Origin: an uncultured SAR86 cluster bacterium
GTDB taxonomy: Bacteria; Pseudomonadota; Gammaproteobacteria; Magnimaribacterales; D2472
Direction of reading: 5' to 3'
DNA: 64,000 nucleotides
Assembly: GCA_902586925.1 (NCBI GenBank)
Contig: CACIJE010000001.1
Location: forward strand, 590,104-654,103
The position numbers were made by a program, and so were the translations under genes. Shown here piece by piece: positions 33,938 through 45,177 of the stretch; position 1 is the stretch's first letter, and the number at the start of each line of letters is the position of its first letter. The notes beneath the pieces were generated by a model. The model ran no database searches. It worked only from the letters and a program-made list of their open reading frames with translations, and was not told where the DNA came from.

Positions 33938-35142
33938 TATTTGCTGATTACCAGACTTGCGTTTGTTCCTCCAAAGCCAAATGAATTGCTAAGAACATTA
34001 CAAACAGGGAATTCTCGAGTTTTTGTGACAATATCTATTCCCTTAGCTTCATCGCATAAGGTCCCAATATTAATCGAAGGAGCGATGAACTTTTCGTTTA
34101 TCATCATTACTGAATATATTGCTTCATGAGCACCAGTAGCTCCCAATGAATGTCCTGTCATTGATTTTGTAGAACTTATCATTGGAGAGTTAGATTTAAA
34201 TAATTTCTTTATTGCATTTAACTCAGCTATATCTCCTACAGGAGTGCTTGTACCATGAGTATTAATATAATCTATTTCTCCATCGCAGCTTTTTATTGCA
34301 CCCTCCATGCACCTAATTGCACCTTCTCCTGAGGGAGCAACCATGTCATATCCATCTGAGTTCGCAAAATATCCAGATAATTTCGCAAGAATATTTGCTC
34401 CTCTTTTTTTTGCATGTTCTTCTTCTTCTAGCACTATCATTCCAGAGCCTCCTGAAATGACAAAACCATCTCTATCAGAATCATATGGTCTGGATGCAAC
34501 AGTTGGGGTTGAATTAAAGTTTGAAGACAGAGCCCCCATTGCATCAAATAAGCATGATGAGCTCCAGTGCTCGTCGTCACTGCCGCCAGCAATAACTATA
34601 TCTTGCTGACCATTTCTTATTAAATCAGCAGCATGACCTATACAATGAGCACTAGTGGCACATGCAGATGAAATCGAATAATTTATTCCTTTTAGCTTAA
34701 GCGCAGTTGCAATAATTGCTGATATTGAACTAGACATACTTTTAGTAACTCCATAAGGACCAATCTTTTTTGGGCCTTTTTCTCTAGCGATATCACCACT
34801 TTCAAGCATCACTCTTGTTGAAGCTCCACCTGATCCAGCAACAATACCAATGTTTGGTGAATCAAGATCTTTTTCGTCAATCCCAGCCATATCAAGAGCA
34901 TCTTTAGTAGCAAGATAAGCATATCCTGCAGATTCACCCATGAACCTATATAATTTTCTATCAATTTGTTCTGCTAAATTAATGTCAATAGATCCTGAAA
35001 CACAGCTCCTAAATCCCATCTCAGAATATGTATTATTAAATACAATACCAGAATTACCTTTGCTAAGATTGTTTAAGACATCTGAATAGTTATTGCCAAT
35101 ACAAGATTTAATTCCTAGACCTGTTATGACTACGTTTTTCAT
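33934..35142 (-). CDS. fabB: 3-oxoacyl-ACP synthase I
   Basis: 402 aa KAS enzyme with the active-site context [23 protein letters not shown] and GHSLGATG. It lies immediately downstream of fabA, as in fabAB operons. Confidence 0.87.
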   Translation of the reverse strand: MKNVVITGLGIKSCIGNNYSDVLNNLSKGNSGIVFNNTYSEMGFRSCVSGSIDINLAEQIDRKLYRFMGESAGYAYLATKDALDMAGIDEKDLDSPNIGIVAGSGGASTRVMLESGDIAREKGPKKIGPYGVTKSMSSSISAIIATALKLKGINYSISSACATSAHCIGHAADLIRNGQQDIVIAGGSDDEHWSSSCLFDAMGALSSNFNSTPTVASRPYDSDRDGFVISGGSGMIVLEEEEHAKKRGANILAKLSGYFANSDGYDMVAPSGEGAIRCMEGAIKSCDGEIDYINTHGTSTPVGDIAELNAIKKLFKSNSPMISSTKSMTGHSLGATGAHEAIYSVMMINEKFIAPSINIGTLCDEAKGIDIVTKTREFPVCNVLSNSFGFGGTNASLVISKY

Positions 35143-35666
35143 TAGAAATTGCTTGGATCTTTAAACAACCCAACTTTTAACTTTTCAGCACTATAGATTT
35201 TTTTCTCATCTACAAACATTTCACCATCTGCTAAGCCAACTATAGCACCTCTATTAATTACTCTTTTAATATCTAACTTGTATACAACTTTTTTTGCTTC
35301 TGGAAGTACTTGACCAAAAAACTTAATATTATCTGCACCTAAGGCTCTTCCAATACCAGGTAACCCAGTCCACAAAAGATAAAATCCAAGTAATTGCCAC
35401 ATTGCATCAAGACCAAGACACCCTGGCATAACAGGATCTTCTTTAAAGTGATATTTAAAAAACCACAGGTCTGGATTTATATTAAGAACAGCTTCAATTG
35501 AACCTTTTTTATAATATCCTGAAAAATCATCAATATTAATTATTTCATCGAACATCAGCATTAGGTCTGAGGGTAATCTACCATCTCCCTCCTTAGTAAA
35601 TAAGTTACCATTTGAACATGCAATAAGTTCTTCTTTATTGTACGTATTCTTAGGATTAAACTTCAT
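35142..35666 (-). CDS. fabA: 3-hydroxydecanoyl-ACP dehydratase/isomerase
   Basis: 174 aa. [29 protein letters not shown] closely matches E. coli FabA. Confidence 0.95.
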   Translation of the reverse strand: MKFNPKNTYNKEELIACSNGNLFTKEGDGRLPSDLMLMFDEIINIDDFSGYYKKGSIEAVLNINPDLWFFKYHFKEDPVMPGCLGLDAMWQLLGFYLLWTGLPGIGRALGADNIKFFGQVLPEAKKVVYKLDIKRVINRGAIVGLADGEMFVDEKKIYSAEKLKVGLFKDPSNF

Positions 35667-36607
35667 TTTTTTCTCATAAGTGCAATGTTTGTTAATTCTA
35701 TCATTTCCTTTCTAACAGAGAGATTATTTATCTTCTCAGCACTCTCAATTGCTTTTAAGTGATATTCACTGGCAAGTTGTTCAGTTTTTTTAATACCGTT
35801 TAATTTTGTAATCAAATAATTTACTTCAGACTTATTTAATTTTTTATTTCCAAGATATGTTTTTAATTTTCTTTGCTCCTTTTTATTAGCGTTTTTAAAG
35901 GCATAGAAAAATGGATAAGTTACTTTTCCTTCTTTAATATCCTGGAAGGCAGGTTTTCCAATTTCAACTTCAGGACAGTAGTCAAGTAAATCATCTCTTA
36001 TTTGAAATACCATACCTAAATTCATAGCACATTCACTGATGTTTTTTATGTAAGCCTGACTTTTATTAGTGAGAATTGCACCTGTTGTGGCCGCTGCCTC
36101 AAAGAGCCTACCAGTTTTATAGAAGCTAATCTTCTTTAGCTTATTAATTGAAATATTAATATTTTGTACAGACTCAAGTTGGATTAGCTCACCTTGTGAA
36201 ATATCATTAGTAGCATTAGCCAATTCTTTGAGTATTTTTTTATTACCTATCTCAACCATTAATATGAATGCTTTTGAGTAAATATAATCTCCAATTAAAA
36301 CTCCATGAGAGTTCGTCCAGATATTATTTACAGACTTTGCTCCCCGTCTTGTCAAAGAATTATCAACAACATCATCATGAACTAACGTTGCTGTATGAAG
36401 CAGCTCAATTACAGATGCAAGTTTAAGTCTGTCTTTATGATCTTTTGTTGATGAAGAAATTAGGCTTAATTTTGCCCGTATTTTCTTTCCACTTGATTTA
36501 AAAATATATTTGTATAGGCCTGAAATAATTTTTTCTTTATTAAGGTCTTTTTTAATTAACTTTTCAACAGATTTAATTTCTTTCGCAATTTTAGTATTTT
36601 TTTTCAT
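35663..36607 (-). CDS. ispB: octaprenyl/polyprenyl diphosphate synthase
   Basis: 314 aa. Asp-rich motifs LVHDDVVD and IRDDLLD. Divergent from rplU as in E. coli. Confidence 0.9.
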   Translation of the reverse strand: MKKNTKIAKEIKSVEKLIKKDLNKEKIISGLYKYIFKSSGKKIRAKLSLISSSTKDHKDRLKLASVIELLHTATLVHDDVVDNSLTRRGAKSVNNIWTNSHGVLIGDYIYSKAFILMVEIGNKKILKELANATNDISQGELIQLESVQNINISINKLKKISFYKTGRLFEAAATTGAILTNKSQAYIKNISECAMNLGMVFQIRDDLLDYCPEVEIGKPAFQDIKEGKVTYPFFYAFKNANKKEQRKLKTYLGNKKLNKSEVNYLITKLNGIKKTEQLASEYHLKAIESAEKINNLSVRKEMIELTNIALMRKK

Positions 36608-36642
36608 ACTCTTTTATTTTTGAGCAAAATGTTCCTTAAGTA

Positions 36643-36679
36643 TTGATAATTTCTTCATTAAAGCGTATATTTTGCGGGC
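36643..36679 (+). promoter_or_regulatory. sigma70-type promoter for rplU-rpmA-obgE with GC-rich discriminator
   Basis: TTGATA (36643-36648), 17 nt spacer, TATATT (36666-36671), then TTGCGGGC. Confidence 0.45.
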
Positions 36680-36695
36680 TTTTTAGGATTATATT

Positions 36696-37016
36696 ATGTA
36701 TGCAGTTATAGAAACAGGCGGTAAACAGCATAAAGTTGAAAAAGGCATGATTTTATCAATAGATCTTTTAAAAGATGATGTTGGTAAAAAAATTACTTTT
36801 GCTAACGTATTATTGTATGTAGATGGAGATAATGTTGAAGTAGGTCAACCATACCTTGATAATGTTAAAGTTACTGCTGAAGTAAAAGATGTTGTTAAAG
36901 CAGACAAAATATCAATTCTTCGCTTTAGAAGAAGAAAGCACAGCATGCGAAAAATAGGACATCGCGCAAAGCATTCCCAGGTTGAAATTAAGAATATTAA
37001 GTTAGAGAGTAAATAA
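36696..37016 (+). CDS. rplU: 50S ribosomal protein L21
   Basis: 106 aa. [15 protein letters not shown]-terminus. Confidence 0.97.
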   Translation: MYAVIETGGKQHKVEKGMILSIDLLKDDVGKKITFANVLLYVDGDNVEVGQPYLDNVKVTAEVKDVVKADKISILRFRRRKHSMRKIGHRAKHSQVEIKNIKLESK

Positions 37017-37273
37017 TGGCACATAAGAAAGCAGGTGGTTCTAGTAAGAATGGAAGAGATTCCAACTCAAAGAGGCTTGGTGTAAAAAGATTTGGTGGCC
37101 AGTTGGTCAAAGCTGGTGAAATTCTTATTCGTCAAAGAGGCACAAATACTCATCCGGGTTTAAATGTTGGCATTGGTAAAGATGATACATTATTCGCTAA
37201 ATCTGCTGGCATTGTTCAATTTACTTACAAAGGCCCAAAAAAAAGAAAGACAGCAAACGTTATTCCTCAATAA
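37016..37273 (+). CDS. rpmA: 50S ribosomal protein L27
   Basis: 85 aa. [25 protein letters not shown]-terminus. Confidence 0.98.
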   Translation: MAHKKAGGSSKNGRDSNSKRLGVKRFGGQLVKAGEILIRQRGTNTHPGLNVGIGKDDTLFAKSAGIVQFTYKGPKKRKTANVIPQ

Positions 37274-38560
<1,287 letters not shown>

Positions 38561-38626
38561 AATTTAGATGCGTAGTTTAATTATCTATAGACAATATGTC
38601 TATATTTAAACGAATTATTATGAAAA

Positions 38627-38973
38627 TGGTGGAGGCGGCGGGAATTGAACCCGCGTCCGTCAATCCTTCAGCCTAACTTCTACATGCATAGCTCATTCTA
38701 TTATTTTTAACTTTTATCACCCGAAGAGCAGGGCATAAAAGCTAGCTTGACTAAGTTTTTACCAAACTATATCCAAGCAATATAGCTTGGCTAGACTGTG
38801 TGTTTAGCCGATGCTTCAAACCACAGTCAATTCTTGCATCGGTTAGCATTAAGCTGCTAAAGCGTAGTTGTCGTTATTTGCAACTATTTTTTTGTAGTAT
38901 GTTTTACAAGAATTACTACAATCTTGGCATGCGCTTCGGAGTCCAGTAGAAACGTCGAACCCTATTCGCCCCC
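38627..38973 (-). ncRNA. ssrA: tmRNA (SsrA), one-piece
   Basis: The minus strand reads 5' GGGGGCGAAUAGGGUUCGACG ... GGACGCGGGUUCAAUUCCCGCCGCCUCCACCA 3'. The acceptor stem has the G3:U pair. The tag reading frame GCA AAU AAC GAC AAC UAC GCU UUA GCA GCU UAA (38881-38849) encodes ANNDNYALAA. It lies directly downstream of smpB. Confidence 0.95.
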
Positions 38974-38985
38974 AAACGGAAGCGA

Positions 38986-38991
38986 ATTATA
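38986..38991 (-). promoter_or_regulatory. possible -10 element of the ssrA promoter
   Basis: The minus strand reads CTGTATAATTCGC, with TATAAT ending 12 nt before the mature tmRNA 5' end. No convincing -35. Confidence 0.35.
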
Positions 38992-39024
38992 CAGTATTAC
39001 TAGAAATTTTTTATTAGGAGAATG

Positions 39025-39489
39025 TTATTTTTTTGCATTTTTTAGCAATCGACCTTGATCTCTTTCCCAATCTCTTTTTTTGATATCTTCTCTTTGATCA
39101 CGCAACTTTTTACCTTTTCCTGTCGCTATATCACATTTTATGTGATTTTCTTTCCAATACATTGATGTCATGATTATTGTAAGATTTTTTTCGTTCTTAA
39201 GCTTTTGAAGTTGAAAGATTTCTCTTTTGTTTAATAAAAGCTTTCTTGTTCTAACTGGATCAACGCTTGAATCTTTCAAAGAGGCAGGCGGATCTATTTT
39301 TATACCAAATAACCAAGCTTCATTCTTCTTGAAGGTAACATAGCTATTTTTAACGTCAATTTTCCCATTTCTCAGTGATTTTACTTCCCAACCCTCTAAA
39401 ACAATCCCAGCTTGAAAAGAATCACCAAGAACATAGTTCCTTGAAGCTGTTTTATTCTTTACAATTAGTTCAGGTTTTTCTTTAGACAT
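39025..39489 (-). CDS. smpB: SsrA-binding protein SmpB
   Basis: 154 aa with SmpB-like sequence (KNKTASRNY..., GIVLEGWEVKSLR). Sits in the smpB-ssrA synteny. Confidence 0.96.
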   Translation of the reverse strand: MSKEKPELIVKNKTASRNYVLGDSFQAGIVLEGWEVKSLRNGKIDVKNSYVTFKKNEAWLFGIKIDPPASLKDSSVDPVRTRKLLLNKREIFQLQKLKNEKNLTIIMTSMYWKENHIKCDIATGKGKKLRDQREDIKKRDWERDQGRLLKNAKK

Positions 39490-39504
39490 GCTTTATTATG
39501 TATT

Positions 39505-39534
39505 TTGAATACTTAAGTGCAATATTTTTACAAT
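39505..39534 (+). promoter_or_regulatory. possible sigma70-type promoter upstream of the DUF3429-like gene
   Basis: TTGAAT (39505-39510), 18 nt spacer, TACAAT (39529-39534). The -10 ends only 7 nt before the TTG start at 39542. Confidence 0.35.
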
Positions 39535-39541
39535 AAATAAA

Positions 39542-40003
39542 TTGAATATAACATCAATAAAATCAACCTACGGATACATAGGATTTTTACCTTTCGCAAC
39601 ATTTTCACTTATTCCATGGATTATAGGAGGTGATGTAAGCAAAACACTTATATATTTTCAATTAGGATATGGCGCAATAATAATTACATTTTTAGGTGGA
39701 TTTGCATGGGGATGGCGGGATGACCAACAAAATCAAAAGCTTAATTTATCTATTGGAATTGGATTTAGCTTATTGGGATGCTTAATTCTTTTACTAACTT
39801 TTTTAAAAATAATTTTTATCTCATTGATAATATCGATCATCAGCTTTTATTTGTTTTATCTTTTTGAGAAATCTACAGAAGATTTTCAAAAAAAAGATAT
39901 TGATTATCAGAAGTTTAGGAAAACTTTAACTTTACTAGTATGTATATCTTTTTTAATATCAATAGGCTATTGGATTAATCCTTACAGTTATCCTTATTTA
40001 TAA
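39542..40003 (+). CDS. small polytopic membrane protein of unknown function (DUF3429-like from memory)
   Basis: 153 aa with 4-5 hydrophobic segments. The pattern GYIGFLPF...W...L..GYGAIIITFLGGFAWGW resembles what I recall of DUF3429. TTG start with no SD. Confidence 0.6.
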   Translation: MNITSIKSTYGYIGFLPFATFSLIPWIIGGDVSKTLIYFQLGYGAIIITFLGGFAWGWRDDQQNQKLNLSIGIGFSLLGCLILLLTFLKIIFISLIISIISFYLFYLFEKSTEDFQKKDIDYQKFRKTLTLLVCISFLISIGYWINPYSYPYL

Positions 40004-40006
40004 ATT

Positions 40007-41350
40007 ATGGAAAAAAAACTTAAATCGCATGGTGCATGGATCGGAAAATGGACCTTTATTCTTGCAGCCACAGGTTCAGCGGTTGGCTTAGGAAACATTT
40101 GGGGATTTCCATATAAAGCAGGCACTAATGGAGGCGGAGCTTTCGTTTTAATTTATTTGCTTTGTATTGTAATGATTGGTGTCCCTATTATGATAAGTGA
40201 GATTATTATTGGAAGAAGAGCTGGCAACAGTCCAATTAATGCGATGAAAAGAACTGCATTAGATTCAAACTCTTCTTCACTTTGGAGGCTAGTAGGTTGG
40301 AGTGGAATAACAGCAGGTGTTCTAATCCTCTCTTTCTACAGTGTTATAGCTGGAATCTGTTTGAATTATATATTCATAGCCGCATCACCTTCATCAGTCT
40401 TAAGTTCTTCTGAGCAGTTCGGTATTGTAATTGCTTCACCATTTAATCTTTTATTTTGGCATACCATTTTTATGCTTTTAACTTTTTTAATAGTCTCCGC
40501 GGGAGTAAAAAATGGCATTGGCAGAATGGTTAAAATTTTAATGCCAATGCTTGGATTTCTGCTAATATTTATGGTTATTTATGCAATGTTTAATGGAGCG
40601 TTTGTTAAAACATTAGAGTTTTTATTTGCTCCTGATTTTTCAAATGTTACGGCAGAAACATTTTTAAGTGCAATGGGACAAGCTTTCTTTAGTTTGAGTT
40701 TAGGAATGGGATCAATTATGGCTTACGGAGCATACATGCCAAAAGATCAAAAAGTTGTACCAACCTCTTTCACAGTGGCGTCTTTAGATACCCTGGTAGC
40801 TGTGATGGCGGGATTAGCAATATTTCCCATAATATTTGTATTTAATCTTGAACCAAATAGCGGACCAGGATTAGTTTTTGTGTCAATGTTATCAGCCTTT
40901 AATCAAATGCAATTTGGTCAAATCATTGGCTCTTTATTTTTTATATTACTTTCAGTTGCTGCATTGAGTTCATCTATTTCATTACTTGAGCCAGGTGTAG
41001 CATATCTCTCAGAGGAGGGATTTTTATCTCGAAAATATTCTGCTTTAGCTATTTCTTTTTTTGCTTGGACTTTAGGTATTGGCACAGCCTTGAGTTTTAA
41101 TTTACTTTCTGATTTTAATCTTACGCCAGGTAGAAATTTCTTAGACTCGATGGACTTCATTGCAAATCAAATATTACTTCCACTCGGCGGAATGTTAATT
41201 GCAATTTTTGTTGGTTGGTTTATGAAAAAAGAACTTATAACAACTGAAGTTGGATATGTAAATCCAATCATTTTTAAACTTTGGAGATTTTTTATAAAAT
41301 TCATAGCTCCTGTCAGTGTTGCTTCAATATTTATTTCGCAGATTTTTTAA
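40007..41350 (+). CDS. sodium-dependent transporter, neurotransmitter:sodium symporter (NSS/SNF) family
   Basis: 447 aa with about 11-12 TM segments. The N-terminal signature GSAVGLGNIWGFPY is typical of the LeuT/NSS family. Confidence 0.88.
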   Translation: MEKKLKSHGAWIGKWTFILAATGSAVGLGNIWGFPYKAGTNGGGAFVLIYLLCIVMIGVPIMISEIIIGRRAGNSPINAMKRTALDSNSSSLWRLVGWSGITAGVLILSFYSVIAGICLNYIFIAASPSSVLSSSEQFGIVIASPFNLLFWHTIFMLLTFLIVSAGVKNGIGRMVKILMPMLGFLLIFMVIYAMFNGAFVKTLEFLFAPDFSNVTAETFLSAMGQAFFSLSLGMGSIMAYGAYMPKDQKVVPTSFTVASLDTLVAVMAGLAIFPIIFVFNLEPNSGPGLVFVSMLSAFNQMQFGQIIGSLFFILLSVAALSSSISLLEPGVAYLSEEGFLSRKYSALAISFFAWTLGIGTALSFNLLSDFNLTPGRNFLDSMDFIANQILLPLGGMLIAIFVGWFMKKELITTEVGYVNPIIFKLWRFFIKFIAPVSVASIFISQIF

Positions 41351-41351
41351 A

Positions 41352-41780
41352 GTGCCTCGTAAGATTAATTTTTTAAAGTCAGTAGATGAAGATTTTTCAA
41401 AAGTCTATGATCAAATTGCAAACTTTGAAAACTATTCGTCATTCATTCCTGGTTGTGCAAAGTCGGAACTTATTGAAAAACAAGATAAATTTGAAATCGG
41501 CAAACTAGATTTTGATTTTTTATTAAAAGATTACTCCATCAAATCAAAAAATGTTCTATCGGATAATCTTATTAAAATCAAACAGATTGATGGACCTTTT
41601 AAGTACTTTACAGGAGAGTGGCGCGTAGAAGATAAAAATGACTCAAAAACACTGATTGAATTTAATGCAGAATTCGAATTACCTTTTTTTTTAAATAATT
41701 TGTTGCCTGAAAAAGTAATAGATAAATTTTGTGAAAGTATGATTGATGCTTTTATCAAAAGGCTTTCTAAAAATAGTTAG
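41352..41780 (+). CDS. ratA: SRPBCC-fold protein RatA/YfjG (Coq10-like)
   Basis: The ORF track starts at 41316, overlapping the transporter. In-frame GTG 41352 gives MPRKINF... YSSFIPGCAKSELIE aligns with E. coli RatA YPQFLPGCTGSRILE. Neighbours bamE as in E. coli. Confidence 0.72.
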   Translation: MPRKINFLKSVDEDFSKVYDQIANFENYSSFIPGCAKSELIEKQDKFEIGKLDFDFLLKDYSIKSKNVLSDNLIKIKQIDGPFKYFTGEWRVEDKNDSKTLIEFNAEFELPFFLNNLLPEKVIDKFCESMIDAFIKRLSKNS

Positions 41781-42124
41781 TCGGACATATTTTCTATAAT
41801 CCAGCTATCTACAAGATTATTATCATCAAAATTTATTGACAGTTTCATTTCGTCTAACATTTCGTTTCCGACTTGAATTGAATAATAATAATCCCACCTG
41901 TTGGTGTGGAAAGGATCTCTAATTAATGACGTACCAAATATAAATTGGACTTGATCTTTTGTTAAACCCTGAGTTAATTTCGATATATCTTCCTCGTCAT
42001 AAATATTTCCTTGAAGAATAGGCACTTTATATGGAGTAAATGATGAACAAGATACAATTAGAGTAAACAATATAGAGGTATAAATTATGGCTACAAATTT
42101 GGAATTTATCATAGTAAATTTCAT
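41777..42124 (-). CDS. bamE: outer membrane protein assembly factor BamE (SmpA/OmlA lipoprotein)
   Basis: 115 aa. Signal peptide with lipobox LIVSC. QGN...LTKDQVQFIFGTSL..DPFHTNRWDYYY resembles BamE. Divergent from fur as omlA-fur in Pseudomonas. Confidence 0.85.
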   Translation of the reverse strand: MKFTMINSKFVAIIYTSILFTLIVSCSSFTPYKVPILQGNIYDEEDISKLTQGLTKDQVQFIFGTSLIRDPFHTNRWDYYYSIQVGNEMLDEMKLSINFDDNNLVDSWIIENMSD

Positions 42125-42200
42125 TATACTTCTTATAATATCAAGTGTCGTTTCTCAAGTTATCAATAAAATTTAAAAAACTGTACTATACTTAGTCAAA

Positions 42201-42617
42201 ATGAACAATCAGAATAAAGAATTAAAGAAAGCAGGACTAAAAGCAACTCTTCCAAGAATTAAGATTATGGAAGTCCTAGAATCTACTGCTATTCAAGAAG
42301 AGGCACATTTTAGTGCTGAAGATATATACAAAGAGCTACTAACCTCTGGTAATAATATTGGATTAGCCTCGGTATATCGAGTCTTAACTCAATTTGAGGC
42401 AGCAGGAATAGTGAAAAAACACCATTTTGAGGGAAGTCACGCAGTTTATGAAGTTATTGAAGAAAATCATGAGCACATGGTTGATGTTGAATCTGGAAAG
42501 GTTTTAGAATTTCAGGATGCTGAATTGATTGAAAGACTCAACAAAATTGCTAATAATTCTGGTTACCAGTTAGTTGATCATAATCTAGTTCTACATGTTA
42601 AAAAATTAGAATCTTAA
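42201..42617 (+). CDS. fur: ferric uptake regulator Fur
   Basis: 138 aa. LKKAGLKATLPRIKIMEVL and GLASVYRVLTQFEAAGIV are near-identical to Pseudomonas/E. coli Fur. Confidence 0.96.
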   Translation: MNNQNKELKKAGLKATLPRIKIMEVLESTAIQEEAHFSAEDIYKELLTSGNNIGLASVYRVLTQFEAAGIVKKHHFEGSHAVYEVIEENHEHMVDVESGKVLEFQDAELIERLNKIANNSGYQLVDHNLVLHVKKLES

Positions 42618-42620
42618 ATT

Positions 42621-42652
42621 CCCCTTGAACTGATAATTTAAATCCTTATATA
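42621..42652 (+). promoter_or_regulatory. sigma32 (heat-shock) type promoter for grpE-dnaK-dnaJ
   Basis: CCCCTTGAA (42621-42629), 14 nt spacer, CCTTATATA (42644-42652). The E. coli sigma32 consensus is CCCTTGAA ... CCCCATNTA. The spacing is the same as I recall for dnaK P1. Confidence 0.55.
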
Positions 42653-42669
42653 TAAGCTGTAGGGATTAT

Positions 42670-43239
42670 ATGAATAAAGAAAAACAATCAGTTGAGGAAA
42701 ATCCTCAAAACAATGAGTCAGTTGTAAATGAATCTGAAGAAACAACTAATGCAGAAAATATTCCTGAAGAAGAAAATGAAGTCATTGAAACACCAACGTA
42801 TGAAGAACTCCTTAATAAAAAAGATGAATTAGAAAGCCTTTTGCTTCGTGCAAATGCAGACCTTGATAATGCTTTTAAAAGAACTTTATCAGAGGTGGAA
42901 AAAGCTCATAAATATGGAACTGAGAGGCTACTTAATGAGCTTTTACCAGTTATTGATAATTTAGAGAATGCGCTTGAAAACCTTTCAGAAAAGGCCTCAA
43001 AAGAGGATAAAGAAGGCATTGAATTAACTTTAAAATCTTTTGAATCTACTCTTGATAAATTCGGAATGGTACCTATCTATCCGGATAATGAGGAATTTAA
43101 TCCAGAAAAACATGAAGCTGTTTCAATGGAAAAAGATGAAACCAAAAAAGATGGCTTTGTTGGAAACATTTTTCAAAGAGGCTGGGAGCTTCACTCAAGA
43201 GTATTGAGACCTGCCAGAGTTACTGTGATTAAAAATTAG
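42670..43239 (+). CDS. grpE: nucleotide exchange factor GrpE
   Basis: 189 aa with GrpE-like coiled-coil and C-terminal domain (FNPEKHEAV...GWELHSRVLRPARV). Confidence 0.96.
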   Translation: MNKEKQSVEENPQNNESVVNESEETTNAENIPEEENEVIETPTYEELLNKKDELESLLLRANADLDNAFKRTLSEVEKAHKYGTERLLNELLPVIDNLENALENLSEKASKEDKEGIELTLKSFESTLDKFGMVPIYPDNEEFNPEKHEAVSMEKDETKKDGFVGNIFQRGWELHSRVLRPARVTVIKN

Positions 43240-43251
43240 AGGAAAAAAAGT

Positions 43252-45168
43252 ATGTCAAAAATTATTGGAATTGATTTAGGTACAACAAATAGCTGTGTTG
43301 CTGTTGTTGAGGGGCAACAACAGAAGGTTATAGAAAATGCAGAGGGTGCTAGGACAACTCCTTCTGTAATCGCATATACAGAAAACGAAGAAGTACTGGT
43401 TGGGCTTCCTGCAAAAAGGCAAGCAGTAACAAATCCTGAAAATACTCTTTACGCCATTAAAAGACTAATTGGTAGAACTTTTGATGATGAGGTTGTTAGT
43501 AAAGATGCTGACATGGTCCCTTATAAAATCATAAAAGCTGATAATGGTGATGCATGGGTTGAAGCATCAAATAAACAATTAGCTCCCCCACAAGTTGCAG
43601 CAGAAGTCTTAAAAAAAATGAAGAAAACTGCAGAAGATTATCTTGGACATGAAGTAAAAGAGGCAGTAATTACAGTCCCTGCATATTTTAATGATTCCCA
43701 AAGGCAGGCAACAAAGGATGCTGGCAAAATAGCAGGACTAGATGTAAAAAGAATTATCAATGAACCAACAGCCGCCGCACTAGCTTACGGTTTAGATAAG
43801 GGTAAAGGTGACTCTACAGTTGCAGTTTATGATCTTGGTGGTGGAACCTTTGACATCTCAATAATCGAAATATCTGATGTTGATGGTGAACATCAATTTG
43901 AGGTTCTATCAACCAATGGTGATACCTTTTTAGGTGGTGAAGATTTTGATTTAAGGCTCATAGATTATTTTGTTGAAAAGTTTAAAGATGAATCTGGCTT
44001 CGACTTAAAAAGTGATCCACTTGCTCTTCAAAGGTTAAAAGAAGCTGCTGAAAAAGCAAAAATTGAACTATCTTCTTCTGAACAAACAGAAGTTAATTTA
44101 CCATATATTACTGCGGATAGTTCTGGACCAAAACACTTTGTTCATAAAATCACTAGAGCTAAACTAGAATCTCTTGTTGAGGATTTAGTTGATAAGAGTC
44201 TAGAACCACTAAAACTTGCTCTAAAAGATGCAAAACTTTCTAAAGGTGACATTAATGAGATTTTACTAGTTGGTGGACAAACTAGAATGCCTCTTGTTCA
44301 AAAGAAAGTTGCAGAATTCTTTGGTAAAGAACCAAGAAAAGATTTAAATCCTGATGAAGCTGTAGCAGTGGGCGCAGCTATTCAGGGATCGGTACTTTCA
44401 GGAGACACAACCGATGTCTTGCTTTTAGACGTTACTCCTTTGACTCTTGGTATTGAGACATTAGGAGGTGTTGCAACTCCACTTATAGAGAAAAATACAA
44501 CAATTCCAACACAAAAATCTCAGGTATTCTCAACTGCTGAAGATAATCAGACTGCTGTTACAGTTCATGTTATTCAAGGTGAGAGAACTCAGGCTGCTCA
44601 AAATAAATCTTTAGGTCAATTCAACTTAGCCGATATACCTCCTGCTTCAAGGGGTATGCCGCAAATAGAAGTTTCTTTTGATCTTGATGCAAATGGAATA
44701 TTAAATGTTTCTGCAAAAGACAAAAATACTGGAAAAGAGCAATCAATTGTTATTAAGGCATCCAGTGGCCTATCTGATGAGGACATTGAAAAAATGGTTA
44801 AAGATGCTGAAGCAAATGCTGAAGATGACAAAAAATTTGAAGAGCTCGTAAAGACAAAAAATAATGCTGACATGTTGGTACATGCAACAAGAAAAACTAT
44901 TGAAGAATCAAAAGATAAACTTGAAGAAAGTGAAATTACTCAAGTTGAAGAGGCTATAAAAAAATTAGAAGAAGCAATTTCAGCAGAAGATATTGAAGTA
45001 ATTGAGTCTTCAACAAAAAGTTTGAATGATGTTCTTACTCCGCTAACTCAAAAGCTTTATAAACAGGAGACTCCAGAGGGGCAACAAGAATCTGATTCAA
45101 ATGCTGACGACTCTTCTGATAATACTGTTGATGCTGAGTTTGAGGAAGTAAAAGAAGAAGAAAAGTAA
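43252..45168 (+). CDS. dnaK: molecular chaperone DnaK (Hsp70)
   Basis: 638 aa. [14 protein letters not shown] and DLGGGTFD motifs. Confidence 0.99.
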   Translation: MSKIIGIDLGTTNSCVAVVEGQQQKVIENAEGARTTPSVIAYTENEEVLVGLPAKRQAVTNPENTLYAIKRLIGRTFDDEVVSKDADMVPYKIIKADNGDAWVEASNKQLAPPQVAAEVLKKMKKTAEDYLGHEVKEAVITVPAYFNDSQRQATKDAGKIAGLDVKRIINEPTAAALAYGLDKGKGDSTVAVYDLGGGTFDISIIEISDVDGEHQFEVLSTNGDTFLGGEDFDLRLIDYFVEKFKDESGFDLKSDPLALQRLKEAAEKAKIELSSSEQTEVNLPYITADSSGPKHFVHKITRAKLESLVEDLVDKSLEPLKLALKDAKLSKGDINEILLVGGQTRMPLVQKKVAEFFGKEPRKDLNPDEAVAVGAAIQGSVLSGDTTDVLLLDVTPLTLGIETLGGVATPLIEKNTTIPTQKSQVFSTAEDNQTAVTVHVIQGERTQAAQNKSLGQFNLADIPPASRGMPQIEVSFDLDANGILNVSAKDKNTGKEQSIVIKASSGLSDEDIEKMVKDAEANAEDDKKFEELVKTKNNADMLVHATRKTIEESKDKLEESEITQVEEAIKKLEEAISAEDIEVIESSTKSLNDVLTPLTQKLYKQETPEGQQESDSNADDSSDNTVDAEFEEVKEEEK

Positions 45169-45177
45169 AAAATCATT

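Noticed and set aside
38586-38604. Small hairpin TATAGAC-AATAT-GTCTATA between the ssrA 3' end and the rpsT start.
   Set aside because: It is a 7-bp AT-rich stem with no following T-tract in the ssrA direction. It overlaps the likely rpsT promoter spacer, so the evidence is insufficient for a terminator or operator call.
38974-39024. ssrA/smpB locus as a genomic-island attachment site.
   Set aside because: No integrase gene, no direct repeat of the tmRNA 3' end and no extra DNA. Flanking genes are core (rpsT, smpB).
41352-41780. RatA as a toxin of a type II toxin-antitoxin system.
   Set aside because: No ratB or antitoxin partner is adjacent. The protein is a conserved SRPBCC/Coq10-like housekeeping protein in its usual bamE neighbourhood, so it is not evidence of a toxin-antitoxin or defence module.
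42125-42200. Possible Fur box (AAGTTATCAATAAAATTT) in the bamE-fur divergent spacer, suggesting fur autoregulation.
   Set aside because: It is only a partial match to GATAATGATAATCATTATC. AT-rich sequence gives such matches easily, and there is no clear dyad.
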